Virus record (IMG/VR): IMGVR_UViG_3300029305_004206
Origin: an uncultured virus (IMG/VR IMGVR_UViG_3300029305_004206)
Lineage: Duplodnaviria; Heunggongvirae; Uroviricota; Caudoviricetes
Strand: one strand, 5' to 3'
Length of the DNA: 20,000 nt
In this document: piece by piece, positions 1-9,013 of the stretch
Layout: each line of letters begins with the position of its first letter
Position numbering within the stretch: the stretch's first letter is position 1
Translations under genes and position numbers: made by a program
The notes under the pieces: model-generated
The model's input: only the letters and a program-made list of their open reading frames with translations
What the model was told of the DNA's origin: nothing
Databases searched by the model: none

Positions 1-1071
1 GTCATATTTATTATAATAATATTTAGTCTTATCGTGATCTTCGTTTCCACCCATATCTATAAATGAATCTTCATATCCAGTTCCTATATTAAATGAACCA
101 TTACTATAATTAAATGCTTTTTTAATTCCTTGTATAGATAATACCTTTATATCATTACCATAAATTTCTTTATTTAATTGATCTTCTGGTATTATCGTAA
201 CATCATTATTTAAACGAATGACATATCTCTTATTATCATGATCAGTATAACAACCAAGATTAAATGGAGTATCGTTTGCAGCATCAGCTATATTAATTAA
301 TACATTTTCATATTCTTTATTAGATACATTTACAGTAGTTAAATCTTTAGATAAGATATAAAGATAATTAAAATCTTGATACAATCTTAATCCCAACTTG
401 TATATACCATAAACATTTTGTAAATAATAAATAGAACTTGCAAACTGTAATGGTGGAATTACAATTTGTCGATAAGCAGTTGAATTATTTGGATTATCTA
501 TAATTACAGAATCACAACCTATTTTATTTAATATATACCCGATTGCATTATAAATATCTACATTATTTAATACTGTATTTACGATAGTTTTACTTTTATC
601 AAAGTGAGATGTATTAAATAAGTAAACATCTGTAGTCCTTGAGTATTCATTAGATTCATTAGTTTTATCTTCATCTACTCTTGATGGATGATTTTCTAAT
701 TCTTCTAATGGATTTTTTGTACAATCAATATAAATTGGTTGGAATACCATATCTGTTATTATATCTTCACCAAATGTATCAAAAGATGAGAAATATGTTT
801 TATCTGGATCTCTATCTTCTAAAAATTCAACCTTATTTATAGATATTTTAAATTTAACTTTTGTTTTTTGTTCTTGTAACTTAATCATTTCTTTATTAGT
901 AAGAGAAATAGATAATTTAGTTACAGGTAAAAAGTTTTCTTCATACTTATTATCAATAACTAAAGCAGCAACTTGTGGAGCATCTAAAGTTACAATTTCA
1001 TCAGTAAAGAGAATTGATACACTAATCATATACTTATATTGAGATATAAGATTTAATGATTCTTCAGTCAT
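1..1071 (-). CDS. Probable virion structural protein (baseplate-hub-like, phiKZ/AR9-type); truncated by the window edge and absent from the ORF track
   Basis: Manual translation from ATG at 1071 stays open to position 1 (357 codons: MTEESLNLISQYKYMISVSILF...YRQIVIPPLQFASSIYYLQNVYGIYKLGLRLYQDFNYLYIL...). SD AAAGGAG lies about 9 nt upstream, and there is an 8-nt ATGACTGA overlap with the upstream gene. The 'QIVIPP...YLQ..YGIY..G' motif recalls jumbo-phage hub-like virion proteins (recalled, not searched). Confidence 0.65.
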   Translation of the reverse strand, partial: MTEESLNLISQYKYMISVSILFTDEIVTLDAPQVAALVIDNKYEENFLPVTKLSISLTNKEMIKLQEQKTKVKFKISINKVEFLEDRDPDKTYFSSFDTFGEDIITDMVFQPIYIDCTKNPLEELENHPSRVDEDKTNESNEYSRTTDVYLFNTSHFDKSKTIVNTVLNNVDIYNAIGYILNKIGCDSVIIDNPNNSTAYRQIVIPPLQFASSIYYLQNVYGIYKLGLRLYQDFNYLYILSKDLTTVNVSNKEYENVLINIADAANDTPFNLGCYTDHDNKRYVIRLNNDVTIIPEDQLNKEIYGNDIKVLSIQGIKKAFNYSNGSFNIGTGYEDSFIDMGGNEDHDKTKYYYNKYD

Positions 1072-1405
1072 AGTGAATTTCTCCTTTCACTGCATTTAAA
1101 CCATATTTCTTATTGATGTAATTAACACATAAACAATATCCATCTGGTGTTCTCATGCAATATTCAGGACAGTAATTTTCTAATATTGGATAACATTTTC
1201 GAACAGTTCTCTGACCGCATATATGCATACCATTCGGAGGATCAATGTCAAAACCTGTTCCTTTGTAATTATTATATGCAGATACATATTCTGTAATGTA
1301 TTTACATGAAAAGCTACCCATTTTTTCAAATACTTCCTTATCAAGATGTTTACAGTATATTACGGAGAGTTCATCTCTAGATACCATAGATATTTTTTCA
1401 CTCAT
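1064..1405 (-). CDS. Cys-rich hypothetical protein (113 aa)
   Basis: ORF with SD GAGGGGG, tightly coupled to both neighbours. It has 8 Cys, including CPEYC and CLC clusters. Confidence 0.7.
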   Translation of the reverse strand: MSEKISMVSRDELSVIYCKHLDKEVFEKMGSFSCKYITEYVSAYNNYKGTGFDIDPPNGMHICGQRTVRKCYPILENYCPEYCMRTPDGYCLCVNYINKKYGLNAVKGEIHYD

Positions 1406-1407
1406 AA

Positions 1408-2523
1408 TTATACCCCCTCAATAAGTTCCTGAGTCATCAATGGAGAGTTCTTAAAATAAACTTCATTTACTTCCATTACACTCTGCCAGTTATTAATATC
1501 CTTTACTTGCTTCATTATATTATAATATTCTTTCTCTGTCATACTATTCTTTATAGTTTCATAATCAAACATCTTAAAATTATTTCTGATAAAACCTTTA
1601 TCATCATCAGATAAATTTTCTATATTATCTAAAATAATATCTATATCTGAATATGGAATATTTGAGATTTTACCAGAATCAATTAACTTCTCTAATGCTG
1701 TTATAGAACGAGAATAGCCAAATCCTTTTTTACCTTCAAGATTATATTTTTTATAACCTGACATAGCTAAAATTATACGATAAAAGCTGCTATCTAAAGA
1801 TGATTTATCTTTACTTTTAGTTTTAGTTAAAAGTGAATTAATTAACTCATCTTCATATATAATCTTACTATTATCAGATCTCATACTCATTACATAAGTC
1901 TTCTCAAGATTGCAACATTGATACTGAACTGTATCATTTGTCATAATAAGATTAATATAATTCTCATTACCAGAATAATCTATCATATCAGATATAGCAA
2001 AATATGGAAATACAGTATAATTGAAGGATTTAGTATTAAAGAAATATACATTTGGAATATAATCAATAATTAATTTAGCAAGTTTTATATTTTTCTTTAT
2101 AATTCCGTTAAGAGCATAATGTTCACTATTTACATCTTCATATAAAATCTTATTATAGAAATCTCTTCTATAAGTATCATTAAGAGATGTATTAAATTCT
2201 GCTTCTTTATCAGAATAATAGTAATAGAAATATGTTCTTATTCCATAACGAGACCAAAAGAAATGACGATAGTGAGCAGCGATATTTATTAACTCTGCAC
2301 ATATCTTATATTTTTCATTTACAGATATATTCTTAAAAGAATCCTGTAATGTTGATTGATAGAAGTTTGATAGAACAGAGTGAACATCTATGAATATATT
2401 CACTTCTGTAATATCACCCTGAAAGGTTTTATTTATCATCTCTTGAAATATTTTATATTTTACTTTCTTGAGATTCATAATAGGTTGAATTAAACCTATG
2501 TTTGGATTAATATCTTTATCCAC
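1408..2523 (-). CDS. 5'-3' exonuclease/flap endonuclease (PIN + H3TH)-like protein, apparently catalytically degenerate
   Basis: N-terminal strand NIFID, then IMTNDTVQYQ, then an H3TH-like LAMSGYKKYNLEGKKGFGYSRSITAL. GTG start with SD AAAGGAG. Confidence 0.6.
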   Translation of the reverse strand: MDKDINPNIGLIQPIMNLKKVKYKIFQEMINKTFQGDITEVNIFIDVHSVLSNFYQSTLQDSFKNISVNEKYKICAELINIAAHYRHFFWSRYGIRTYFYYYYSDKEAEFNTSLNDTYRRDFYNKILYEDVNSEHYALNGIIKKNIKLAKLIIDYIPNVYFFNTKSFNYTVFPYFAISDMIDYSGNENYINLIMTNDTVQYQCCNLEKTYVMSMRSDNSKIIYEDELINSLLTKTKSKDKSSLDSSFYRIILAMSGYKKYNLEGKKGFGYSRSITALEKLIDSGKISNIPYSDIDIILDNIENLSDDDKGFIRNNFKMFDYETIKNSMTEKEYYNIMKQVKDINNWQSVMEVNEVYFKNSPLMTQELIEGV

Positions 2524-2543
2524 AGATGAATCACTCCTTTCTT

Positions 2544-2951
2544 TTATAAATTATTAGCAGATCTAATCATCTTCATAAGACGATTTAATATCTTATGTCG
2601 TTTTTCCATTAATATAGAAAAATATGTATTACCTTCTTCTTCATTAAATGTAGTAATGGTTACTAAAGACCAGTTTGGTTGATTAGATTTAGTAGATATT
2701 CGTTTAAATACAAAAACGAAACTATGATAAAATCTAAATGATTCATCTTTATAATCACCTAACCATTTACTCTTCTTAAGATGAATAAGAATATCTTTTT
2801 TTGCTCTCTTAATAGGAACATTGGATATTCTTTCTCTATATCTTTGAATAGCATGATTTGTTAAGATAAACTTTCCAATATCTTTTCCGAATTTATTTCT
2901 TTCATTAATCATCTTCAGATAATTAATATATGTTTTATATGCTTTAGACAT
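2544..2951 (-). CDS. BECR/RelE-like (DUF4258-type) fold protein, possible ribonuclease
   Basis: LTNHAIQRYRERI matches the T-x-H-A-x-x-R-x-x-E-R motif, followed by FVFVFK and LVTI strands. The protein is basic. Confidence 0.55.
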   Translation of the reverse strand: MSKAYKTYINYLKMINERNKFGKDIGKFILTNHAIQRYRERISNVPIKRAKKDILIHLKKSKWLGDYKDESFRFYHSFVFVFKRISTKSNQPNWSLVTITTFNEEEGNTYFSILMEKRHKILNRLMKMIRSANNL

Positions 2952-3336
2952 TAAAGACCTCTATAAAACAATTTGGAATTTCTTGAGGATTATTTAACAA
3001 ATCTTCATATTCAGAATATAAGAATGAAAATGGTCTAAAGTTAGATGAAATATACTTTACACCATCAACCACAAATTCACAATTTAATAATTGTGATATA
3101 ATTAGACAGTCTTCATCTTTCCTATACTTTAATGGTAATACACTTTCTTTGATTTTTACAAGAAGAATAAGTCTATCTCCTTCGCCCATATTTTTGTATG
3201 GAAGAGCATGAAATTCTATATCTTTCTTCATATCAAATGGAAAACTAAGATTTCTATTTTTATGACGATATCTCATAATACCATCATTTAACTCGAAATC
3301 CTTTGGAAAAATAATATTTTCTTTTTTTACTAACAT
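2944..3336 (-). CDS. Hypothetical protein (130 aa)
   Basis: ORF with SD AGAAGGTG and an 8-nt overlap with the downstream gene. Confidence 0.75.
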   Translation of the reverse strand: MLVKKENIIFPKDFELNDGIMRYRHKNRNLSFPFDMKKDIEFHALPYKNMGEGDRLILLVKIKESVLPLKYRKDEDCLIISQLLNCEFVVDGVKYISSNFRPFSFLYSEYEDLLNNPQEIPNCFIEVFNV

Positions 3337-3383
3337 TTATTACACCTTCTTTACGTTTTTCTATTATCTCTAATAAGGATAAT

Positions 3384-3395
3384 TAAAAAAATGTT
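3384..3395 (-). promoter_or_regulatory. Putative phage late promoter, AACA-N6-TA
   Basis: The minus strand reads AACA-TTTTTT-TA, between the 3419-3455 hairpin and the 3336 start. This matches the AR9 non-virion RNAP late consensus AACA-6N-TA/G, but it is a short motif in AT-rich DNA. Confidence 0.45.
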
Positions 3396-3418
3396 TTTCG
3401 GTGTCTTAAAGGTTAAAG

Positions 3419-3455
3419 GTTCCATAAGGAGATGTATAATTTCTCCTTATGGAAC
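3419..3455 (-). terminator. Perfect 14-bp hairpin with 9-nt loop; putative terminator or processing site of the middle operon
   Basis: GTTCCATAAGGAGA-tgtataatt-TCTCCTTATGGAAC lies just after the PC4 gene stop, with only a weak U-tract on the coding strand. Confidence 0.7.
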
Positions 3456-3466
3456 ACAGAAAATTA

Positions 3467-3763
3467 TTATTTCTTTTTCTTTTTAGTGTATAATCCCTGC
3501 TCTATCAAAGCATCACAAAGGTTAATCGCTTCTTCTCTTGTTAAAGAAACACCTTTACCAATACGAGGTTCATCTAAAGATCTATTCCAAGAACGAATAT
3601 CAATCTTTGCGTTATCAATATCGTCAAGGTCTTTCTTACCTTTTTTATCACCCCATGTTAGTAAGTTAACTTCAAGAGTCCAGTCAGATTTTTCACTTTC
3701 GCTTAATATAGCGATATGGTCATGAATTTTGTAAGATAATGGTTCAAATGCCATTGGATTCAT
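3467..3763 (-). CDS. YdbC-family PC4-like ssDNA-binding protein
   Basis: HIAILSE...WTLEVNLLTWG...KIDIRSW...IGKGVSLTREEAINL is the characteristic YdbC/PC4 signature. The true start is probably the ATG at 3754, given SD spacing. Confidence 0.9.
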   Translation of the reverse strand: MNPMAFEPLSYKIHDHIAILSESEKSDWTLEVNLLTWGDKKGKKDLDDIDNAKIDIRSWNRSLDEPRIGKGVSLTREEAINLCDALIEQGLYTKKKKK

Positions 3764-3789
3764 TCCTTTCCTAAATATTATTCATCTGT

Positions 3790-5670
3790 TTATGTCGCAG
3801 ACTTAAGAACTTCTTTCTCTGCTAATTTCTCTGTTTCCTTTGTAATTGCATTGAAAATCTGTAGGATAATTAAATCCAAATTATTTATGTTAACATGAAT
3901 AAGTGGTTTATTATATCTTTCACAGAGTTCTTTTGTATATCTGTACATCTTATGAGAAGCATGTTTAGTATGTGTAAATACATAATCACAATTTTTAACT
4001 TGTTCAGGTTTCAAATGTAGATAATCTTCCATAGAAACTAAAGCATATAAATTAGGAATTCTTTCATTAATCATTGAAATCATATTACTATGACCACCGA
4101 TAAATACTACTTTATGTTTGTCACATAAATCTCTTATTTGTTCATTAGTGATATATGTATTTTCTTCTTTAAGAACTTTCTCCTCATCTGGAACTTTCCT
4201 TTCCAGTTCAAATATTTTGTCCTTTAAGAAAATAACTTCATCTTCCAATGAAATAATTTCTTCAGATAATTTTTTATTCTCCGATTCAACTTTATGATTC
4301 TCAGATGATAACTTCTTAACCTGTTCTTTATTATAATTATCTACAGAAACACCTTTCTCATATTCCTTGATTTTGTCGTTTAGTTCTTTGATCTCTTCAT
4401 CTTTATCATCAACAACCTGTATCAAAAGTTGACTAAAATGACATCCCATGTGATGACGGAAAATTGCATTATTACAGAATAAATAATAATCTAAATTACT
4501 TCTTCCTGTAATCTGCACTTTCAAAGCTGCTTGATAGTCTATATAACAGCTATTAATAAAGGCAACTATATCTTTCTTTCCAGACTTTTTAAAGAATACA
4601 TTTTTCTTAATCTTTGCAATACTAATTTCTCTTCCCAAAGGTTGAATATGGTAAGATATAATTGCTTCTATAATCTGCACTAAATCAAATGCAGTAGGAA
4701 GCACTTTCTTATTACTCAATACAAATGACTTTACAAGAATATTGAATAGGAGATTATACCAACTATCAACCATTAGTTCAGCACAAGAATAAAATATATT
4801 AGAAGATGCATTATCTGAAAGTAAAGTTTGATAAGAAGATTGAATATTTTGTCTTATATTAGCAAAAATTGACATATGACGATTTAATTCTTTCTTAGGA
4901 ATAAAATCATCTGGAGATATATAACCATAAATATGATGATTTAATTCTCCCCATTGATTTAACTGCATAAATTCCATTGCTTCTTTAGCATACTTATCAA
5001 TAAATTTCTTACTCTCTTCTCTCAGTTCTATGTATTGATGTGTAGCTTCTTTTACAAATTTATCTGTATTTTTATCTACATTTTTCATTTCTGCATCTGT
5101 TAATGAAGGAATCTTAGCAATACATTTATAAAGAGCAGAACTCACTTCTTCTTGCATTGCATTAACTTTATCACTTGGTCTTATTGAGAATAAGCTTCCA
5201 TCTAATGATCTATCTTTATCTCTCTGGAACCTTGCTAATAAATATATATCAATATCAGAAGAATTCATTCTTTCAGAAAATAAATCTGCCATAAAATCAA
5301 ATTCATCATCTTCAGTTGCTTTTCCTATAAATTCACATACAATATTCATATTATCTCTTGCATGTTTATCTGTTAGGAAACCACCTTCTAAATATAAAGA
5401 AATCATTCTTTTGAAGTAGTCATTTATTGCTAAACCAAGATTTGTTATCTTTGCTTCATATTTTCCTATGAGTTTAAGTTCACCTTCATAATTAAAGAAC
5501 TTTTTCATAAGTTTAATAACTTCTTCATTGACGCAATCTTTATTACAATTCTCAAGTAAATTTCTAAATTCAACAAGGTAAGATAAAGAATCAGATTTTG
5601 TTTGAAGTATTGTTAAGTATGGGATGAACTGATTATTTTTAAGAAATAAACTTTCAGGATCATTCTTCAC
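3790..5670 (-). CDS. Coiled-coil plus C-terminal DUF2325 domain protein; probably the 3' part of a gene starting at 5932
   Basis: C-terminal VVFIGGH...CDYVFTHTKHASHKMY...CERYNKPLIHV (DUF2325) is preceded by a heptad-rich segment. The GTG at 5670 has no SD, and the frame stays open up to 5748. Confidence 0.75.
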   Translation of the reverse strand: MKNDPESLFLKNNQFIPYLTILQTKSDSLSYLVEFRNLLENCNKDCVNEEVIKLMKKFFNYEGELKLIGKYEAKITNLGLAINDYFKRMISLYLEGGFLTDKHARDNMNIVCEFIGKATEDDEFDFMADLFSERMNSSDIDIYLLARFQRDKDRSLDGSLFSIRPSDKVNAMQEEVSSALYKCIAKIPSLTDAEMKNVDKNTDKFVKEATHQYIELREESKKFIDKYAKEAMEFMQLNQWGELNHHIYGYISPDDFIPKKELNRHMSIFANIRQNIQSSYQTLLSDNASSNIFYSCAELMVDSWYNLLFNILVKSFVLSNKKVLPTAFDLVQIIEAIISYHIQPLGREISIAKIKKNVFFKKSGKKDIVAFINSCYIDYQAALKVQITGRSNLDYYLFCNNAIFRHHMGCHFSQLLIQVVDDKDEEIKELNDKIKEYEKGVSVDNYNKEQVKKLSSENHKVESENKKLSEEIISLEDEVIFLKDKIFELERKVPDEEKVLKEENTYITNEQIRDLCDKHKVVFIGGHSNMISMINERIPNLYALVSMEDYLHLKPEQVKNCDYVFTHTKHASHKMYRYTKELCERYNKPLIHVNINNLDLIILQIFNAITKETEKLAEKEVLKSAT

Positions 5671-5743
5671 TAAATTATTTAAATCATCAAGTTTTTCATC
5701 TTCATTTTTATTCTCTTGCTCTGATATAACCTTTACTATATTC

Positions 5744-5932
5744 TTAACTTAATTCCAAATCATCTTTGAATGTTTCATATGTACCATCTTCTATTAGGAT
5801 CTTTGTAAGAATACATTCTAAAAGATTAGGATTTCCAAATATAAGATTATTAGATAAAGAACCTTGATAATTTGTAAGTATTGCTTTTTTAATAAATGTA
5901 TGTCTCTTGAATTCTATTTTATTATTGCTCAC
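5744..5932 (-). CDS. 62-aa ORF, likely the N-terminal part of the DUF2325 gene separated by a 1-nt frameshift
   Basis: GTG start with SD GAAAGGA. The stop sits at TTA AGT TAA, exactly where the downstream frame opens (GTT AAG AAT ATA...). Confidence 0.55.
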   Translation of the reverse strand: MSNNKIEFKRHTFIKKAILTNYQGSLSNNLIFGNPNLLECILTKILIEDGTYETFKDDLELS

Positions 5933-5948
5933 ACTTTATCAAATCCTT

Positions 5949-6059
5949 TCATAATATTTTATTTAATAGAATTAGTACAGCTGCTGTGATTGTTATAAAT
6001 CCTTTAAAGTCATCTTGAGATAATCCAATAAAGAATAAAATTAAAGCAATCAAAATCAT
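5949..6059 (-). CDS. Small membrane protein (36 aa), not in the ORF track
   Basis: SD AGGAGG followed by MILIALILFFIGLSQDDFKGFITITAAVLILLNKIL*. Two hydrophobic segments flank a charged loop, and the ORF fills the intergenic gap. Confidence 0.7.
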   Translation of the reverse strand: MILIALILFFIGLSQDDFKGFITITAAVLILLNKIL

Positions 6060-6101
6060 ATTATGTCTTTCCTCCTAATTCAATTAGTAATGGGAAGATG
6101 A

Positions 6102-7628
6102 TTAATTCTTCCCATTACTTCTTAATTTATCTCTGTCAAATATTCTGACAATTCCGTATGGTTCTCTTAATGAGATGCGACCTTCTTTATGAGTTGTAAC
6201 CCATATAGTTCTGAAATGAGATGGTTTTACTGTAAGTTCAGATTCACCATAACCATCGGTTAGATATATCAAGATATCATTTTTAAGGTTATTCTTCTTA
6301 AGGTACTCAAATACAGGACTAAATTCGGTTCCACCATTACCATTACGAGTTACCTTCTTAACATCTTTTGCAGATTTAAGAATCTCTATTGACTGGATAT
6401 CAGCATCACATTGAATTACAGTTATCTCTTTATTTTTAATTCCTTTTAATATAAAGAGAATTTCATTCAAAAATGCACTCATATCATCATCAGATATTGA
6501 ACCTGATACGTCAATGGCAACTACAATTTTAACCTCATGATTAGATAATCTTCCTTTGAGTTCTATTCTATGAGGTTGTCTTCTATCATTTCTCATAATA
6601 GATTTTTTATAAGGAACTGGAACTGAACCTGCAAACTTCTTAAGATAATCTTGCCACTCTAAAACAGGTTTCTCATTAAGTTGGTTAATAATTGTCATAA
6701 TATGACTTGGAACATCACCTTTTGTCTTATTTCGAGCATCATTTAATAAACCTTTTAATGCTTCTTTAGACATTTTTCCGTCAGACTCTGACATTTCCCA
6801 ATGATGTTCAAATGGATTTTCTCCACCTTTGTTAATCATATCGTTTCTATTCTGGTATGATTTTCTGTTCCCACCAGAACCACCATTTCCTTCTCCTGAT
6901 GTTCCCTCGCCATTCCCTTCTGTATTTCCAGATTGATTGCTTTGATTTCCCAAACCATTCTTTTCAATGTATTCCTGAATCATTTGTTGCATCTGCTGTT
7001 TGATTTGTTGGAGATTTTGATGTGCTTTACTCTCTTTAATGATCTCCATATAATATTCGAAACTTTCCTTATGTTTTATAGATTGACCTTTTTCATCATC
7101 TTCATTCTGAAACATTTCTTTGAAAGTTTCTAATGTAATACTACCATCTGGCATCATAGGAAGATACTGGTTTACAACTGTGTCAAGAGCAATATTCATC
7201 TCTTCATGAGAAAACGTATTTTCAAAATCTTTCATTCTTATTGGATGTTGCCATATCATATGATATAATTCATGTTTGATAACCTGAACCATTTCAAGAA
7301 TAGATAACCTAAACAGAAAATATGGATTAAATAGAAATGTCCATTCATTATTTATAAATCCCATAGCACAAGTTTCTATTCTATAATTAACTACTCTCTT
7401 TACCTTAATTAAAATATAAGATAAAAATTCATTATCTTCTCTTAATCTATAATCAGATTGAGAAGTTGGCATTAACATAGAAAATACTACATAGTTAAAT
7501 AACTTAAGACATTTCTGTTCAAATCCAGCAGGTAATTGACTGATTCTATCAGTTTTCTCTATAATATTTAGTATTGCCTGTTTTTCTGTATTAAGGTCAT
7601 AATTCTGGTCTATAATATAATTTGCCAT
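6102..7628 (-). CDS. DUF2201-type protein: HExxH metallopeptidase-like N domain, Gly/Asn/Gln linker, vWA domain
   Basis: IKHELYHMIWQH (HExxH), MIDAS VAIDVSGS, GGTEF and YLTDGYG motifs. Adjacent to a MoxR-like ATPase. Confidence 0.9.
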   Translation of the reverse strand: MANYIIDQNYDLNTEKQAILNIIEKTDRISQLPAGFEQKCLKLFNYVVFSMLMPTSQSDYRLREDNEFLSYILIKVKRVVNYRIETCAMGFINNEWTFLFNPYFLFRLSILEMVQVIKHELYHMIWQHPIRMKDFENTFSHEEMNIALDTVVNQYLPMMPDGSITLETFKEMFQNEDDEKGQSIKHKESFEYYMEIIKESKAHQNLQQIKQQMQQMIQEYIEKNGLGNQSNQSGNTEGNGEGTSGEGNGGSGGNRKSYQNRNDMINKGGENPFEHHWEMSESDGKMSKEALKGLLNDARNKTKGDVPSHIMTIINQLNEKPVLEWQDYLKKFAGSVPVPYKKSIMRNDRRQPHRIELKGRLSNHEVKIVVAIDVSGSISDDDMSAFLNEILFILKGIKNKEITVIQCDADIQSIEILKSAKDVKKVTRNGNGGTEFSPVFEYLKKNNLKNDILIYLTDGYGESELTVKPSHFRTIWVTTHKEGRISLREPYGIVRIFDRDKLRSNGKN

Positions 7629-7652
7629 CTTGTTATAACCTACTTTCTTTGA

Positions 7653-8990
7653 TTATGCTTTTAAATCATAAATTCTCTGTTCAAGAGATGTGAACCCTTC
7701 AACAAATTCAGGAATTTCAAGCATATTTTTCCAAAGCTTTGATTGTCTCTTACTACCATTAGAAGCAGTCATTTCTCTTCTCTGAATCTCGTGATAAATA
7801 GTATTAATCATATCAGTCGGGAAAGAGTGCATTACTTTAATATAAGTAAGGTATTCTTCCTTAACATACTTTCTACCATCAAGATATTTAAGAAGTCTTT
7901 CATTAAATACCAGAAGTCTGATAGGACTTTCACTCTCAACATATTCTGCTACTTCTTCGTTAAGATCGTCACTCATCTTCTTAATGAGATTTTCTTTAGC
8001 GAACACTTCTTCAGGAGTCATCATTTTCTTAGCTTTCTCTTTTGTAAAGTTAAGGAATTCTAAAGCAGTAGTTCCACCGATATTACCCTTAACGATATTA
8101 AAGAATATATCTTGAGATGAAATATATCCATTCTTATAAAGATAATATGCTCTCGAAACTCTTTCCCAAGCTCTTGGTGTAGGAGTTTTATCTTCTGTTG
8201 TATTGTTCACCAATACATTAAGACTTTCAGGGAATGTAGCGATATATTCAAGAATATCTGTATGGATGATTGATCCTGTATCGTTAAAGTTTGGTTTATC
8301 CTTAACAAGTGATCTAAAGTTCATCTCGATTTCCTGATTACCCCACTTAATCCATTCCTCAACATCTGTATCAAGTTCAAGGAAACAAAGTCTATCACTC
8401 TGAGCAGCATCAAGTTCCAATGTTGAGAACTCTGTATCTTTAAAATTCTCAAACTTACTTGAAGGGTTCATGGCTGCAACGATATATACATTTTCAGGAA
8501 TTTCAAATCCATTGATGTTTCTCTGAAGAATGATATTCATTAATTCCTGAAGAACCTCATTTGAACATCTGTTCAATTCATCAATGAAAAGAAGAATCTT
8601 CTTATCAGGATCTTCTTCTGTAAGCTTTCTTAAAGCTTTAATTGTATGGAATGGTGCATACTTAACTTCTCTTGAACTTGAATTTGTATTATCAATAAGA
8701 GAAGCACATTTTACAGTTTTCTGTTTCTCTGTAAGTTCTTCGTCTTTAATAATTTTATATAAACTATTTTTAAGACCTTTACTATCCATCGACAGATCTA
8801 TAAATGGCATACCCCCAGCTTCACCTTCCTTAAGAAGATTACCTTCCATAACAAAGAGTTCCATATCAAACTCTTCTGCAATATCTTTCATCATACTTGT
8901 CTTACCAATACCTGCAGTTCCAATAATTACAGGAACATCACCAGCAGTCATTGTAACTCGTATTGCTTCTTTAGCTGCACTATATTTCAT
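7653..8990 (-). CDS. MoxR-like AAA+ ATPase
   Basis: Walker A GTAGIGKT, Walker B LFIDELNR, sensor-1 AAMNP, Arg finger SDR and sensor-2-like TPRAWE. Confidence 0.92.
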   Translation of the reverse strand: MKYSAAKEAIRVTMTAGDVPVIIGTAGIGKTSMMKDIAEEFDMELFVMEGNLLKEGEAGGMPFIDLSMDSKGLKNSLYKIIKDEELTEKQKTVKCASLIDNTNSSSREVKYAPFHTIKALRKLTEEDPDKKILLFIDELNRCSNEVLQELMNIILQRNINGFEIPENVYIVAAMNPSSKFENFKDTEFSTLELDAAQSDRLCFLELDTDVEEWIKWGNQEIEMNFRSLVKDKPNFNDTGSIIHTDILEYIATFPESLNVLVNNTTEDKTPTPRAWERVSRAYYLYKNGYISSQDIFFNIVKGNIGGTTALEFLNFTKEKAKKMMTPEEVFAKENLIKKMSDDLNEEVAEYVESESPIRLLVFNERLLKYLDGRKYVKEEYLTYIKVMHSFPTDMINTIYHEIQRREMTASNGSKRQSKLWKNMLEIPEFVEGFTSLEQRIYDLKA

Positions 8991-9013
8991 AATAAATCAT
9001 TTCTCCCTTTCAT

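Noticed and set aside
6860..7020. Gly/Asn/Gln-rich low-complexity stretch considered as a repeat element
   Set aside because: It is the ordinary flexible linker of DUF2201-type peptidase-vWA proteins, with no exact tandem DNA unit.
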